From assembly GCA_001655205.1 (NCBI GenBank), contig LPNZ01008239.1, positions 1 through 64,000 of the forward strand: a DNA stretch of 64,000 nt. The letters run 5' to 3'. The position numbers and the translations under genes are program-made. The notes under the pieces were generated by a model. That model made no database searches. It was not told where the DNA came from and saw only the letters and a program-made list of their open reading frames with translations. Below are positions 12,501 to 24,200 of this stretch, in pieces. The stretch comes from Lenisia limosa (taxonomy: Eukaryota; Protista; Breviatea). Position 1 is the first letter of the stretch. The number at the start of each line of letters is the position of its first letter.

Positions 12501-14618
12501 CGAGGTGGAGTGTCACCGGGCGGAAGAACGCTTGTTTGCCCTGCTTGCTACTCACTAAAAGCCGCAACAGACGGTTTCGGCTATACACCGAACAATCTAT
12601 AATCGTTGTCTGCCTTCCTAGGGGGGGGGGGGGTTGGNNNNNNNNNNNNNNNNNNNNNNNNNCGTCAATGACAAGAAGCGCTTTCAGTTCACGCTCTGTT
12701 GGCATGGGCATGTCGGACACCTTGCCAAAATACAGGGGAACATCAGTCAATGCGTTGCTATCGGTTTGTCCAATATTAGTGACACGAACAAGAACGGAAC
12801 TTTCTAAATAGATCACTGCCATGCTCTTGGCTTTGTAGATTTGGTCTTATTACTTCCTAAATAAACCAAAATAAACCCTCATTAAAAGTGGCTCACCAGA
12901 GTTTGACGCCAATGGCACTGAGAGGCCATGTCCATGGGCGGTTTCTTTGGTTCCTGGCACCCTCTCACTCTCAAACACCACCCTGCATTTTGAGTAGCTG
13001 GCTAAATAAGGGTACCCTCTTTATAGCTATGCTGGGGAGGCAAGCTATGTATTGTAAGGCATATGATTGGGTGAATTGATATTATACTATAAATAAACCC
13101 ATAGATGCCCACTTGGACAAGTCGCTGGTCCGAGTTGAGAGTTTAGCAGCCAGCATTATACGGTCAGTGAGAAGGGTGACAAACACACCCGTATCGCCAT
13201 TAGAGAGAAACTGGAAACATGGAAACCTGAATGAATAAGGCTTTTAATTGTACTGAACAGTTTCGCCACCCGTAATAGTTATCAAAATACGAATGGATAA
13301 GATCTGAACAGACAAGGAGGAAAAGCAGTGCAAAGACTATTTACCTGATGATCAGATGCTGCGAGAACTTTGTGTTTGTGGAACTATCGAGAACGCTGAT
13401 GTGACCTGCAGGCCTGACGGGTGAAACACATATGAAAAACACACACCAAGGTTACAATGCATTACAAAATACCTACACAATAATTCGCCAAGTGCTGTAA
13501 ATGACTCGTAAAATATACGACAAAACACACTGTGTAACCTAAAAATTGTCAAGGAAAGTCAATATAAGAAGAAGGTCAGAAAGAGATAACAACACAAGAG
13601 GGTGATTTTTCACATATGATAAGATATGTAAACAAACCTCATTATCGGATACATGGTTCGGATTTAAGTCCCGAAGATACTCCACATCAAAGTAAAGACA
13701 ACATGGGGTACCCTCCCGAAGAAGCTAAGAAATAAAGGATGCGATGATAGTGACATCTGACTCCACCTCACCTCATAATAAACACGTTTCGCAGGAGAGA
13801 GTGTCTATGACCATGAGCAAAACAATTTGACTTCAAAAAACCCCTCACTAACCTGGTACTGCTTCCAGAATTCGGGTAGAGTCGTGACGACATACTTCCT
13901 TGTACCCCCAGGTTTACTATCCTAATTATTGGAAGTTAAGTCCATGATAGTAGTAGATCCAACAATAAAGAGCTTCAATGCGGTTAATTTTGAGGAGGAG
14001 GAAAGGCATCAGGCAGCCCACAAACCGATGGGATCTGAGACAGTTGGAAAGAGGAGAGATGTGGTTCAAACGCCAGCACAACTTGTCCGTCTGAATTCAA
14101 CCTGATGGGTTACTCCCCAACAATGAATGTTACTATCAAGTATAGAAATTGTCTTAAGCTGAACCCACTTATCAAGTCGCTCAAAAGCCGATTTCTGCCG
14201 GCCGAAGACATTCCAAAGAGGCACTGGAGACTGCTTAATAAAGACCGGAGTAATACTTGTACCAAATCAATGTTCAAACATATGCCAAATACCAAAACAT
14301 GGTTGTGTTGCAAACCTCTTGTGTTTGCTGTGAACCTGACAAGTCATTCTAAAGATATGAGGTGTGAGGAATCTTGATCACGAATATGTGCCTTGTGGCA
14401 ATCATGCATTGTTAAATCCATTTGAACTTACCCTCTGTTGGAGTAATTGAGCTTTTTCTTTCAGCTTCTTTGTGACAGGCGACGTTTTTGGGTAAAACCT
14501 ACCAAGGTGAACCAACGGAAAAAAAATAAGAAATATTCCCCAAAAAATGCAATGAAATTCCAACCCACGAGGCAGTTTTCACCAGTGGAACTTCGTTCTT
14601 CTTCATTGCGCCTTCCAT
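9505..14618 (-). CDS. PRIMPOL: PrimPol (AEP primase-polymerase with C-terminal UL52-type Zn finger)
   Basis: Exons encode PLWNVFGRQKSAF, TRKYVVTTLPEFWKQY, VYYE|LLREGTPCCLYFDVEY (motif I DxE), DSSTNTKFSQHLII (motif II SxH), IDCSVYSRNRLLRLLVSSKQGK (motif III) and RYCLNVGRNHK...SNGVYWVADLSKRQCWQKCFDPDC (C-H-C-C Zn finger). Start MEGAMKK..SFYPK at 14618 is inferred. Confidence 0.93.
9871..10010. repeat. Tandem repeat, 44-nt unit x about 3.1, in a PrimPol intron
   Basis: TGTCAAATGAGCATGTCCGTAATAGATAGAG(C/T)AGCAA(G/C)GGGGG(G/C) starts at 9873, 9917 and 9961, with a partial copy at 10005. No spacers. Confidence 0.95.
10873..10971. mobile_element. hAT-type MITE, copy 1 (99 bp), in a PrimPol intron
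   Basis: Ends CAGGGCTTCCCTACGGTC...GACTGTAGGGAAGCCCTA. Flanks CATAAAAA (10865-10872) and CATATAAA (10972-10979) form an 8-bp TSD with one mismatch. Core ATCGA...ATTTATCGAGAAATTCAGTCT is shared with copies 2 and 3. Confidence 0.85.
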
Positions 14619-14825
14619 TCTACGTAATCATCCATAGCATGTTCCCCCTTAGAATGATAAATGATAGAAGAGGGCGAAGTGTATCATGCTGTGGCTGTGG
14701 ACATAGAGAACTTCTCTGACTCCTTCTGATTCCTGGAATTTCCTTGCGGGGTCAAGTCAGGGTGAGGTGGGGCTCAGGGTATAAATATAAACGTTTATTC
14801 TATCAGATGTCAGTTTTTGGTGTGT

Positions 14826-14891
14826 TGGTGCTCCTTGGTCTGCTTGGTTGGAGGGGGGTGGTGCTCCTTGGTCTGCTTGGTTGGAGGGGGG
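14826..14891. repeat. Tandem duplication, 33 nt x2, upstream of PrimPol
   Basis: TGGTGCTCCTTGGTCTGCTTGGTTGGAGGGGGG at 14826 and 14859. Confidence 0.9.
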
Positions 14892-15457
14892 GGTTGGTTG
14901 AGGGCAGTCAGGTGTTGGCACAGGAGGATGGATTTTACTGACTGTTCAGACGGCCTGATGGTTATGGCTTGGCTACGGCGCTATGGCGCTATGGCTAAGC
15001 TACTAAGCTACTGACGCCACCTTGCGCGCCACTGTTTTTGGCACGGGGGTTGTAGTAGAGTATAGGATATTACTACCCCATGGTTTTTGATGTTTGCTAA
15101 ATAGTAATATATTTCTACTACCCCATTGCTCAGGTTTGCTTGCGCGCTCGTTTTCATTGTTGACGTTTGTTTGTGGTGCTCATTTTGTGCTGACAGAAGA
15201 GGCGAAGAAGCACTCATAAGTCAGAAGAAAGAAAGTTTGCTGGGTTTTGGGGTGGGCCCAAACCCGCTATCGCTAAAGGGGTAGAAATATATGATATAAG
15301 CAAGAGAGCAATAGTAGTTTATTCAGATTCTCCGCCCAAACCTAGGGATAAACTTGTGTATATTTATAACCCTTGCCCAAATATACTCTATATATATAAT
15401 ATTATATAGCTTGGTTCTTGGATTGGTGTCAGGTATGCTGTAATAATCCTTGTGTAG

Positions 15458-18241
15458 GGCACCAAAGGTGGCAAGGAGTGTGGCAGGAGTGGCAGACAGG
15501 ATAAGGTATGTAGTTCCAAAAAAGGAAATTTGTGAAATGATTTGGACATATATTACATGCTGTTTCTCTCTATGACAAATGATTAGGGATAATAACAGGA
15601 TTTTTCTTTGGATTCTTGATGTTAATCAGGTGAGATCGTTTCTATCATGCTGAATCGGCTACAGCCTCTCTTTAGGACTGTGAACACAACCATCTTTTTT
15701 GGTCAGTGGTTATTAATATTTCAACAAGACACGGGATATGTATATGATATACTATATTATATGATATGTATATATACATGTATATGATATGTATCTGATA
15801 TATAATATATGATATCATTTATATGATGTTTAATATAATATACGATATTGATATATTTAAAAAATATATTCATATTCTAATGAAACTTCATCTATCTTCA
15901 ACTTGATTGATAGGAGGACTTCTCAACGTACCTCCCCACTAGGTTCATATTGTGTCAGAGCTTTCGCTGCCTTAAGTTGCCAGCAGTATTTGAGACATCT
16001 TCCTTACACTTTCTCAGGTAAGAATGGTGCAAATTACACCCTTGATGACAACATATCATATAATACATAATACATATAATACTTGTAATATTATGTACTA
16101 TATTTTCTGAAATCACATTAGTGCGTTATCGCAATTAATCCAGCCCTGTGTTATCCTGCAGAGAGTGAGGTGACGTCCCTCTGCGAGGGAGGCCGCAACA
16201 AGGACTTCTCACTGCCGCCACTAGAGAATCTCTCGACCCAGCCATGGCACCACCAGTTGTCCGAGGAATTCAAGCGATGTGACCTTTCATCAAGAGACCA
16301 AGGTACCAGGGCAACATTTTAGATTGATTTAAAGTCCCTTGAATAAGAAATCTGCTTTTATATTGGATAATATTCTATCAAATCATGTTAATCAGAAATA
16401 AACCTAGGGGAATAAGCACATAATACTGCGTTAGAAAATGGGAGTACGAAGAAATAGCCGCCAACCCAGCCAAAAGAATGAACTGAACTTTAGAATTCTA
16501 CCCTGTTTTTATCTAAAGGAACTCTTTTTTTTGCCTTCCACCCCATATAGTAAATATAAAGTTTGCATAACCCATGAATTCAGCACTTTTTGTTTTCTCC
16601 AACATATTTAGGGGCAATTGTAGCTCTGTTCCCGTCTTTACTCTTACAAAACGGTGCAATGCACGCGAAGGCAAAAATTGACCAACTACGTTCGACTACT
16701 TGCTGGGAACCAGATAAGGTTGAAGGGCTCAAGTTTCCATTGTCTTGTTGATAATTATTCTAACTTATTAGATTCACAACGCCATTGTGTCGGAACCTGG
16801 ATTACTGGTTCCGAATGGCCACATTTCAACACTCCAAGACCAACTCAGTGAGGATAAATCCGCTGCTCGTCAAAAAATGGAGTTGCCTGCCCTTATTGCG
16901 TTTAAGGTGAGATTTATGTTGTTTTTACCCTTTCTCTTTTTCTTGTTCCAAGCTTTTTTGTTCTTTTGTTTTTCCTCGAAGATAAAAATGAAATCTATCA
17001 AAATATATTTGAGACGTGGAAATTATGTTATTGAAGGGCATCATTACCTTAATGATTCAGGGAAACGGTAACTCTCCTCGGTTGACTTGGAACAAGCAAA
17101 AAACTGGTCAACTAAAGGTATCAAGCAGTTTTCAAGTAATATCCCAGTACATTTCTAACCATATAGTATATATATACTAGATATGATTTAGCTATAATAT
17201 GATAAGTACTAGTAAAGATCATATGGGATCTCAATTATGAAGGTGCTTGAAGAGTTCTTTCCGACCTTTTGTGACCATCATCATACTGGTATGTTAAGGG
17301 GGGGGGGGTCTTTTCTTGTCGTTCACAAATATTTACTCTCTTAGACCAGAAGAGAGCTCCTCTTGTGTCCCCTCTTTCTGACAAAAAGATGAAGAAAGAG
17401 GTTAGAAGCGTTTTGCTTTGATTTTTTACTTCTTGTTGCTATTTTCCTCTATTTTTTATTTGATATGTATGTAATATAGTAGTATATCATGTAATAGATA
17501 TCATATGATAGCATATGATATCTATCATACAGTAGTATTGATTTTTCCTTCAGCGGCTTCTTTGTGAAGACTGTCAAGAGCTATTTGATTACGCATCGGG
17601 TCAACTCGCAGCATGCAAAATGAAGCCTAAACCGTGGGGAGCTTAAACAACACATGGTATTGAACATGTTCTGGGCTTCTGGTTTATTGAATTTGCTCAG
17701 TTATCTAGGATTTTGTGAGGAGCTGTATTGCGACATACTATATCATCTACTATAATATGCATATTAGTATTTTTCATAATAGTAAATATGTCATAATACT
17801 ATTGAATATCATATCAAATAATTGAAATGGCGTAGTATGATAATCGAATACCGCATTCTTAACATGATATCACCAAATCCAGGTCCTGTAAATTCTGCCC
17901 AGACCATTGCTTTGACGAAGCTCATCGACAAAGAATGAAAGAGGTCGGAGGCGCATTTATCTGATATCCTAATCCCATTTTGGCTTTCCTCTGGACCCTT
18001 GTTCTCAAATATGCAGGTCATGAAGTGGACAGGAATGCACTTTGTCCGCAAGGGGCGTCTTGATTGGTGCCTAAAATATTTCATGGGGTGAGGCTTTTTC
18101 TCTTTTTGACATTTTTTTCTCTTCTCTGAACGTTTTTTGGCCTTTTTCTTATTTATTATTATGTTTTCCCCAGGAGTATTTGCGATCAGAACATCTCCCC
18201 CCCCCCTCCTTTCTACTCAACTAAAAGAGAACAGGTATTAG
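15458..18241 (+). CDS. Protein with a C-terminal YgbA-family domain (NO-responsive, 'nitrous oxide-stimulated promoter' family), possibly fused to an unknown N-terminal region; 5' end uncertain
   Basis: Phase-consistent exons 17061-17117, 17243-17288, 17345-17400, 17554-17633, 17883-17943, 18017-18087 and 18174-18241 give KQKTGQLKVLEEFFPTFCDHHHT...LLCEDCQELFDYASGQLAACKMKPKPSCKFCPDHCFDEAHRQRMKEVMKWTGMHFVRKGRLDWCLKYF. This matches the YgbA pattern (YC..HH; C.EC.EL..YA..RL..C; KP.CK.CP.HCY; MK.VM.W.G). Upstream exons 15458-16906 also chain in frame. Confidence 0.8.
15725..15875. repeat. Intronic cryptic simple-sequence patch (ATATGATAT/ATACTATAT words); representative of about 30 in the window
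   Basis: Near-pure A/T alternation punctuated by isolated G or C. Other large examples: 10370-10600, 17460-17540, 31455-31540, 37870-38000, 38775-38935 and 45605-45730. Confidence 0.85.
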
Positions 18242-18271
18242 AATTCAACTGTAGACAAGATGTGGCTGGTA

Positions 18272-21200
18272 TTATAAACAGAACGCTAATCGCCATTCTT
18301 GACATCTCAGACTTGGATAAACAAGGATACATAAAAAATTTTATTGGGGAACAACGTTATCCTCCCAATACCACTCTTCAAGATTAGCCACTGCCATTCT
18401 GGTTGTAGCGTCACGGAGTTCTTTGGTCCTTCCAATTGGGGGCGTGCAGTATTCAGCCTGCAGCGACCTGTTTTCGTTAGTACTAATCAAGCAAGAAAAA
18501 ACGGTTGGTGTCAGTTACAATCTTGCCACAAACCGAACAGCCTGGTTAGCAATACGGCAAGTGGAAGTGATAAGGGCAGGGGCGGCGGAAGGATGGAGAA
18601 GACAGTGACCGGAAATGGGCCCGACCGGCGGAACCTAAAATATCAATGTTGACAACTGCCAATATCAAGGATAGAAATGTCACAGAGAGCATAGAAAGTC
18701 GTAAAAACATCAGAACGTACCCTTGGTTTTGTATGCAGGCATGTGGGCAGTACGTGATTTGCTCGGGTTACAACAATGTGCGCGTCGTTGAACTGAAACA
18801 TAACGTAACGGTCTAAGGGGATACTGAACATGATAATGGCTAATGATCAAAGTTCCCCCTCACCTGAGAAGTGATAGTGGTTGGTCTATAAGCCTCATGG
18901 TGCTCACTGTAGATGATGTGCGCAATATCGTTACCAACATGCCGCTTCTACAACACATGAGAACTGGAGATTATGCGTTAGGATTAACCAGAGAAGAGAA
19001 TATGCGTACCTTGGAGATTTGCTGGGGGTCGGAGAGACTAGTTGGCATAGACGTGACAATGTGGAACATTGTCTCTTGTTGTCCGGCAGCATGGTAGTGT
19101 GAGAGACGACCTGTCCAATCAGGATGAAAAGATGCGCCAGAAAGAAATCTCATAAAATGCTGTGGACAAGATGTTGATTCATATTTTCAGAGAAGCCGCC
19201 GCCATCATACCAGTACTCAACTGCTGCTTGTCCAAGCCGCCAAGGAAACCTGTATGTCGACCCACGTCCACAGGCCAACCCAAACTGTCCATGAATTCAC
19301 TGAAAGGTCAGATGCATCTTACAAATGTTGACATCCCCCCCCCCCCCCCNNNNNNNNNNNNNNNNNNNNNNNNNNNNNNNNNNNNNNNNNNNNNNNNNNN
19401 NNNNNNNNNNNNNNNNNNNNNNNNNNNNNNNNNNNNNNNNNNNNNNNNNNNNNNNNGGCGGCCTTGACTGGTGTGCGCGAGAATATCTGGAATATTAAAA
19501 AAGGAATAGAGCCATAGTAGAACGTGAAAAAAGAAACCCCCAACCCTTAGAAAAGACAGCAAGTAGAAAACCATTCCGGCAGACCTTGTCGAGATCTTTC
19601 CAGCGTCTCCACGCCCGAAGAGTGTTCGAGATACCGGCGTAGGCCTCGCCACTGCGGCGTCCGGTTGACGACTGTTTCAGCTCAGCAATGGTTCTTGGGG
19701 CCGTGCGTGAGTTCGGCGCTATCGATACTCTGAAGAGGTGAGGTATATGCGCCAGGTTCGGTTTTGTTTTTTGATCGCATATTACTACCATTTGTAACTC
19801 GTTTGAGTGATAAATAAAACATTGATTACACCGCAAAAAACCACTTTCGAAATAGAGAGAGGATTTTAAGCAATACATCAACCCACGAGATTCCCTTCGG
19901 CATTGGCACTGTTGGAATGCCAGAGTCAGAAATCGAGCCTTGGAATACCTAAAGTGTCAAATGAGGCTTTTCTCATGCGACATTGAACAACAATTCACGG
20001 TAGTGGAAATAAATAAAAACACTTCAACAGTAGAAAAAGAGAACATTCTTAAACAGTAGAAAAAGAGAACAGGCCCTCCAAAAGAGCAGCCCAATAATGA
20101 AGGACATACCTGGGGGGCAACTCTGAGGTAATGCAACAGTGGTGAAAGGGACTGGGGTTTTGAGGGGTTCACAAGAGGCGCAGGGCAGTGGGGGATACAG
20201 TCTCCTTCGTTCATTTCCTGGTTCGTGAATCACTTTGATTCAAAATGGACTCCAACAGTACAAATAGAAAAACACCCAATGTTTCGGAGCTGGGTAAGAT
20301 ATGGACTAACAGCCCATAAGAAAACAATACATCATGCTTTCTCACAACCTTCGGGCCTTGACAGTGACATGTTCGATCCCAACAAACCACGGTGCTCATG
20401 TCGATGGTAATCTCGCCATGGTGGGGGTTGATGATGCGCTGTGGAGGCTGGAAAATGGCTTCTGGCAACTTTCCTGTCATTCTCTGGATAGTGGTGAATA
20501 CCCTATAAGGAGATATATTGGAAACACAAAGATATGACCCCCCCCCCCCCNNNNNNNNNNNNNNNNNNNNNNNNNNNNNNNNNNNNNNNNNNNNNNNNNN
20601 NNNNNNNNNNNNNNNNNNNNNNNNNNNNNNGAATGTGAAAAGAGAATGGCTAAAAGTCTCAACATTTGTACACACCTATCTTCGTCATCAGCGCCGCGGC
20701 CGTACGCCACTGGCTTCTTCTCGTCAACAACCTGGGACCATAACAATAACTTTTGGCAAAGAGCTGTAGCGACTGTCTCAGGTTGGGTGAAATTTTCACT
20801 CTCCAAGCAAACCGTTTCTTCGGGGCAGGTATCAACAAAACCGTCCTTGTTGACCCAGGTGAATTGGCACTCGATCGACTCACTTAAACTGTCGTCTCCA
20901 TCTTCCAAACTCATGGTCTGGAAGGTTAACGGAACACTGTTAAAAGACGCGGCAAAAGAGTACGCAAGTAAAGCCTAGTTCAAGAGCTTCAGACCTGCAT
21001 GGCCTCAAGCCCATCAAGTTCAGTGGTGGATCCTCGGCGCATTGGGCTGGTGTCACGGACAAGCTTCGGTGTTGACGGCAGACATGACTCAATTTCAGCC
21101 TTCAATGTCACGATAATAATATACTATATATATATTCGGAAGTTATCAAAGCTTTCGATCGTGACATAAAGAAAAACAAGATCTCAAAGCTTTCGATAGC

Positions 21201-24200
21201 GTGACATACCGTTTTGAACTCGATTCTACTGAGGCCGCTTGAGCCTCTGCAGTCGACTGTCCAAGACTGGCTGAAGGGCGGGATCAGGTGTGACGGCGGC
21301 GTAGTGTCTGTGCGGTCAGCAATATGATAGCCTTGTAAGTATTTCTCAACTCCCCCGTCCCCTCAACCCAGCTACACCGCCCCTTTCACCCACCATGGTC
21401 CACACCACCCCTTTCCAGGCATCGCACAATGACACTGTGACTGCCTCGATAGCTGAAAAGTGAAAAGCGTGATGAAGGGAACAAAAGAAGTGAAAGTTGT
21501 GAAGAAGAAGCAGGGGGAACGAGACAATAAGAAGCAAGGGGAAGGAACAGACCTGAGCTGGACCGCCGGCTGGTCTGTGTCGGCGGCACCGGCCGGGAGA
21601 TGTGGGTTCTCCGGTCCTGTGAACGTCAGAAATGGTGCATTTTATGGATAGAGTGTCTAGTATCAGTTTTTTCAATCAGTGCCATCAATATGACCTGGTA
21701 CGCATAGCTCACCAGCAAGAGCAGGATTGGGCCAGTGATGGAGCATGAACGTGTTGAGGGTGTGTCGCGCAAGAGCCGCGGTGTTGTCTTGTCTACCCCG
21801 TCAATAAAGAGTATACTGTCACTATTCATAACCTGGAACTCCTTATCTAAACCATGCCCTCCCTCAACAGCCTAACTTGCCGCCCACCCTGCTTCAGCAA
21901 TGCCAACAAGAACTTTGAGGATGGTGTCGACAGCAACTACTTGCCCCTAAACTGTCATTCATTGCATTGTACCTCTATCATCTCTTGTGTTGGAAGAGGA
22001 AGCCTACCATTCTCCATTGCTGCCACGCCTCAATGATAGTTAACGCGAATTGAGGAGAGGAAGCTTGTTCCGCGGCATGTGCTAACCCGGTGCAAGCCGT
22101 TTCTAGGGGGGGGGGGGGGNNNNNNNNNNNNNNNNNNNNNNNNNNNNNNNNNNNNNNNNNNNNNNNNNNNNNNNNNNNNNNNNNNNNNNNNNNNNNNNNN
22201 NNNNNNNNNNNNNNNNNNNNNNNNNNNNNNNNNNNNNNNNNNNNNNNNNNNNNNNNNNNNNNNNNNNNNNNNNNNNNNNNNTCATTTGGCATACCTTTGA
22301 TTTGCTTGGTTTCCTCGAGAGCAGCGCCGGACCTGAACGTTTCACCACCCTTCGTGATCCACTGTGCGTATAGAGTCGAGAACACTGTGCCAGCCTGAGA
22401 GGTGACTAGCCAACAACACATCATAACATCATATTCGTAACTGGCCGAATTTATCATCAACCAAGTTTAACCGATTTTGTACCCGGGCACCGTTGAAAGG
22501 CATTCGACCGCTGCCTGAGCTATGCGCGCGGCAGGCTCCAACGACGCCGCAGTTAGTGCATCCAGACTGGGGGGGGGGGGANNNNNNNNNNNNNNNNNNN
22601 NNNNNNNNNNNNNNNNNNNNNNNNNNNNNNNNNNNNNNNNNNNNNNNNNNNNNNNNNNNNNNNNNNNNNNNNNNNNNTTGTCTTTTTGGAAATCAATTGA
22701 AACTCCAAGGCCTACCACAGAGAGCAGTTAGTTGAGATGTCATTAGTGGCAATGAGCGTGGCAAAACACCTGCCAATAGCGTAGAGTGCTTGCAGTCTGC
22801 AGAATAATACGAAGGAAAGGGAGGTGAGGGCAAAGTGCATTCAAAGAGAGAAGGGGCGTGGAGCGAGGAAGGTAAAAAGAGTCACAGAAGAATAATCAGA
22901 ATCACAGTCAAAATAAGGGGGGATATTCGGCATGAGAAAGACTCAGCAGATATTCGGCCTGAGAAAGACTAGGAGATATACGGCCTGAGAAAGACTCACC
23001 TTGTTGGCTCATCGACTGACGAGTTAGTCACCACACCTCGAAGGCAAGTCAGACACTGGTTGATGGCGTTGTCTCGTGGGATGCCTTAACGGTCAAAATT
23101 ATAACAAGAGGAAGTAGCAAGCAAGAGGAATAAACTATTAGGTAAAAAAAAAAAAGTGTATCTACCTCAAGTATAGAAGAAAGCAAATAGTACATAATTC
23201 AAGGCTCCATTTCTGTCTAAAAAAAAAGTCACACCATTTGGGTTGCCCATGTCAGTTAGTCGGTCAATTTCGTGGCATCCAAGCCAGTCCAGAGCTGCAC
23301 CCTGGGGGGTTATACCACCATCAATGTCAACAACACAAAAACAGGGGAGGTACAAACAGTGAATTCGGTGGCGGCCTGGAGGTCTTTGGAGCCGGTCCCA
23401 GGTCGCGACAAACGAATAGCCAATCTGGGGCTGTCAAAAAATGCTCATGTGAAGAGTGTAAAGCCCAAAGAATGCTTATGTGAAGAGTGCCAAGACCGCT
23501 CACCTGAGAGCGTTCAGGAAGGTTAGCGACACGCCTTCCAAAGGCATAAGTGTCAATTTGGAGAGGGACTGCAGACACGTACGAGGATGGACATCTCGCT
23601 CTAGACAGTTGAACCAAAGGAACTGCTACATTCAGTTGATTGCTGTTTTGGGAGGATACATGGGCAAAACGGAGAAATCTAGTAATATGATATGTTACAT
23701 TTATTTTTATTATCTTCTTCAGGACGCAAAAGCCCACGGATAAGATGGTTGATCCAAAGCCTACGAATAAGATGGTTGATGGATAAGAGGCATAGGTCAC
23801 GAAGGGCTGGAGGGATGATGTCGCGTGGAAGGGACATCACCAGAGAGACAACAACGTCGACAGCCTAAGCTTAGGTCACCCATTTATAAAGATTAGCTTC
23901 ACTCCGAGCTCAAAAAGGCCAGTCAAATAGTGATGATTTGATTAGCCCTTTATCAATTGGCATTTGAGCTTCACTTCGGTTCAAAAAAGAACGGTACAAT
24001 ATCGATAGTTTTCGAGAATTTATCGAGAAATTCAGTCTATTTTTGAACCGAAGTGAAGCCCTAATTGGCACTAATTGTGTAACCACTGAAAATCCGCACT
24101 CGTAAAGAAGCCTACCGTTTCCAGAAGGGGAGAGTTGCTCAGGCACGCAGCCACTGCCCATCCTACATCGTCATAATGCGACTTCATTTGAAAGGCTCTG

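Noticed and set aside
14826-14891. 33-nt repeat as a coding N-terminal extension of PrimPol (PSNQADQGAP)
   Set aside because: No in-frame ATG or clear splice link was found upstream, so it is treated as UTR or promoter.
20646-20978. 110-aa plus-strand ORF as a nested gene
   Set aside because: It is antisense to RalGAP exons, which explains the open frame, and shows no recognisable motif or plus-strand splice pattern.
23964-24063. The 100-bp hairpins as structured intronic ncRNA (snoRNA or miRNA)
   Set aside because: They have 8-bp TSDs and hAT-like termini, occur in both orientations relative to host genes, and show no C/D or H/ACA boxes.
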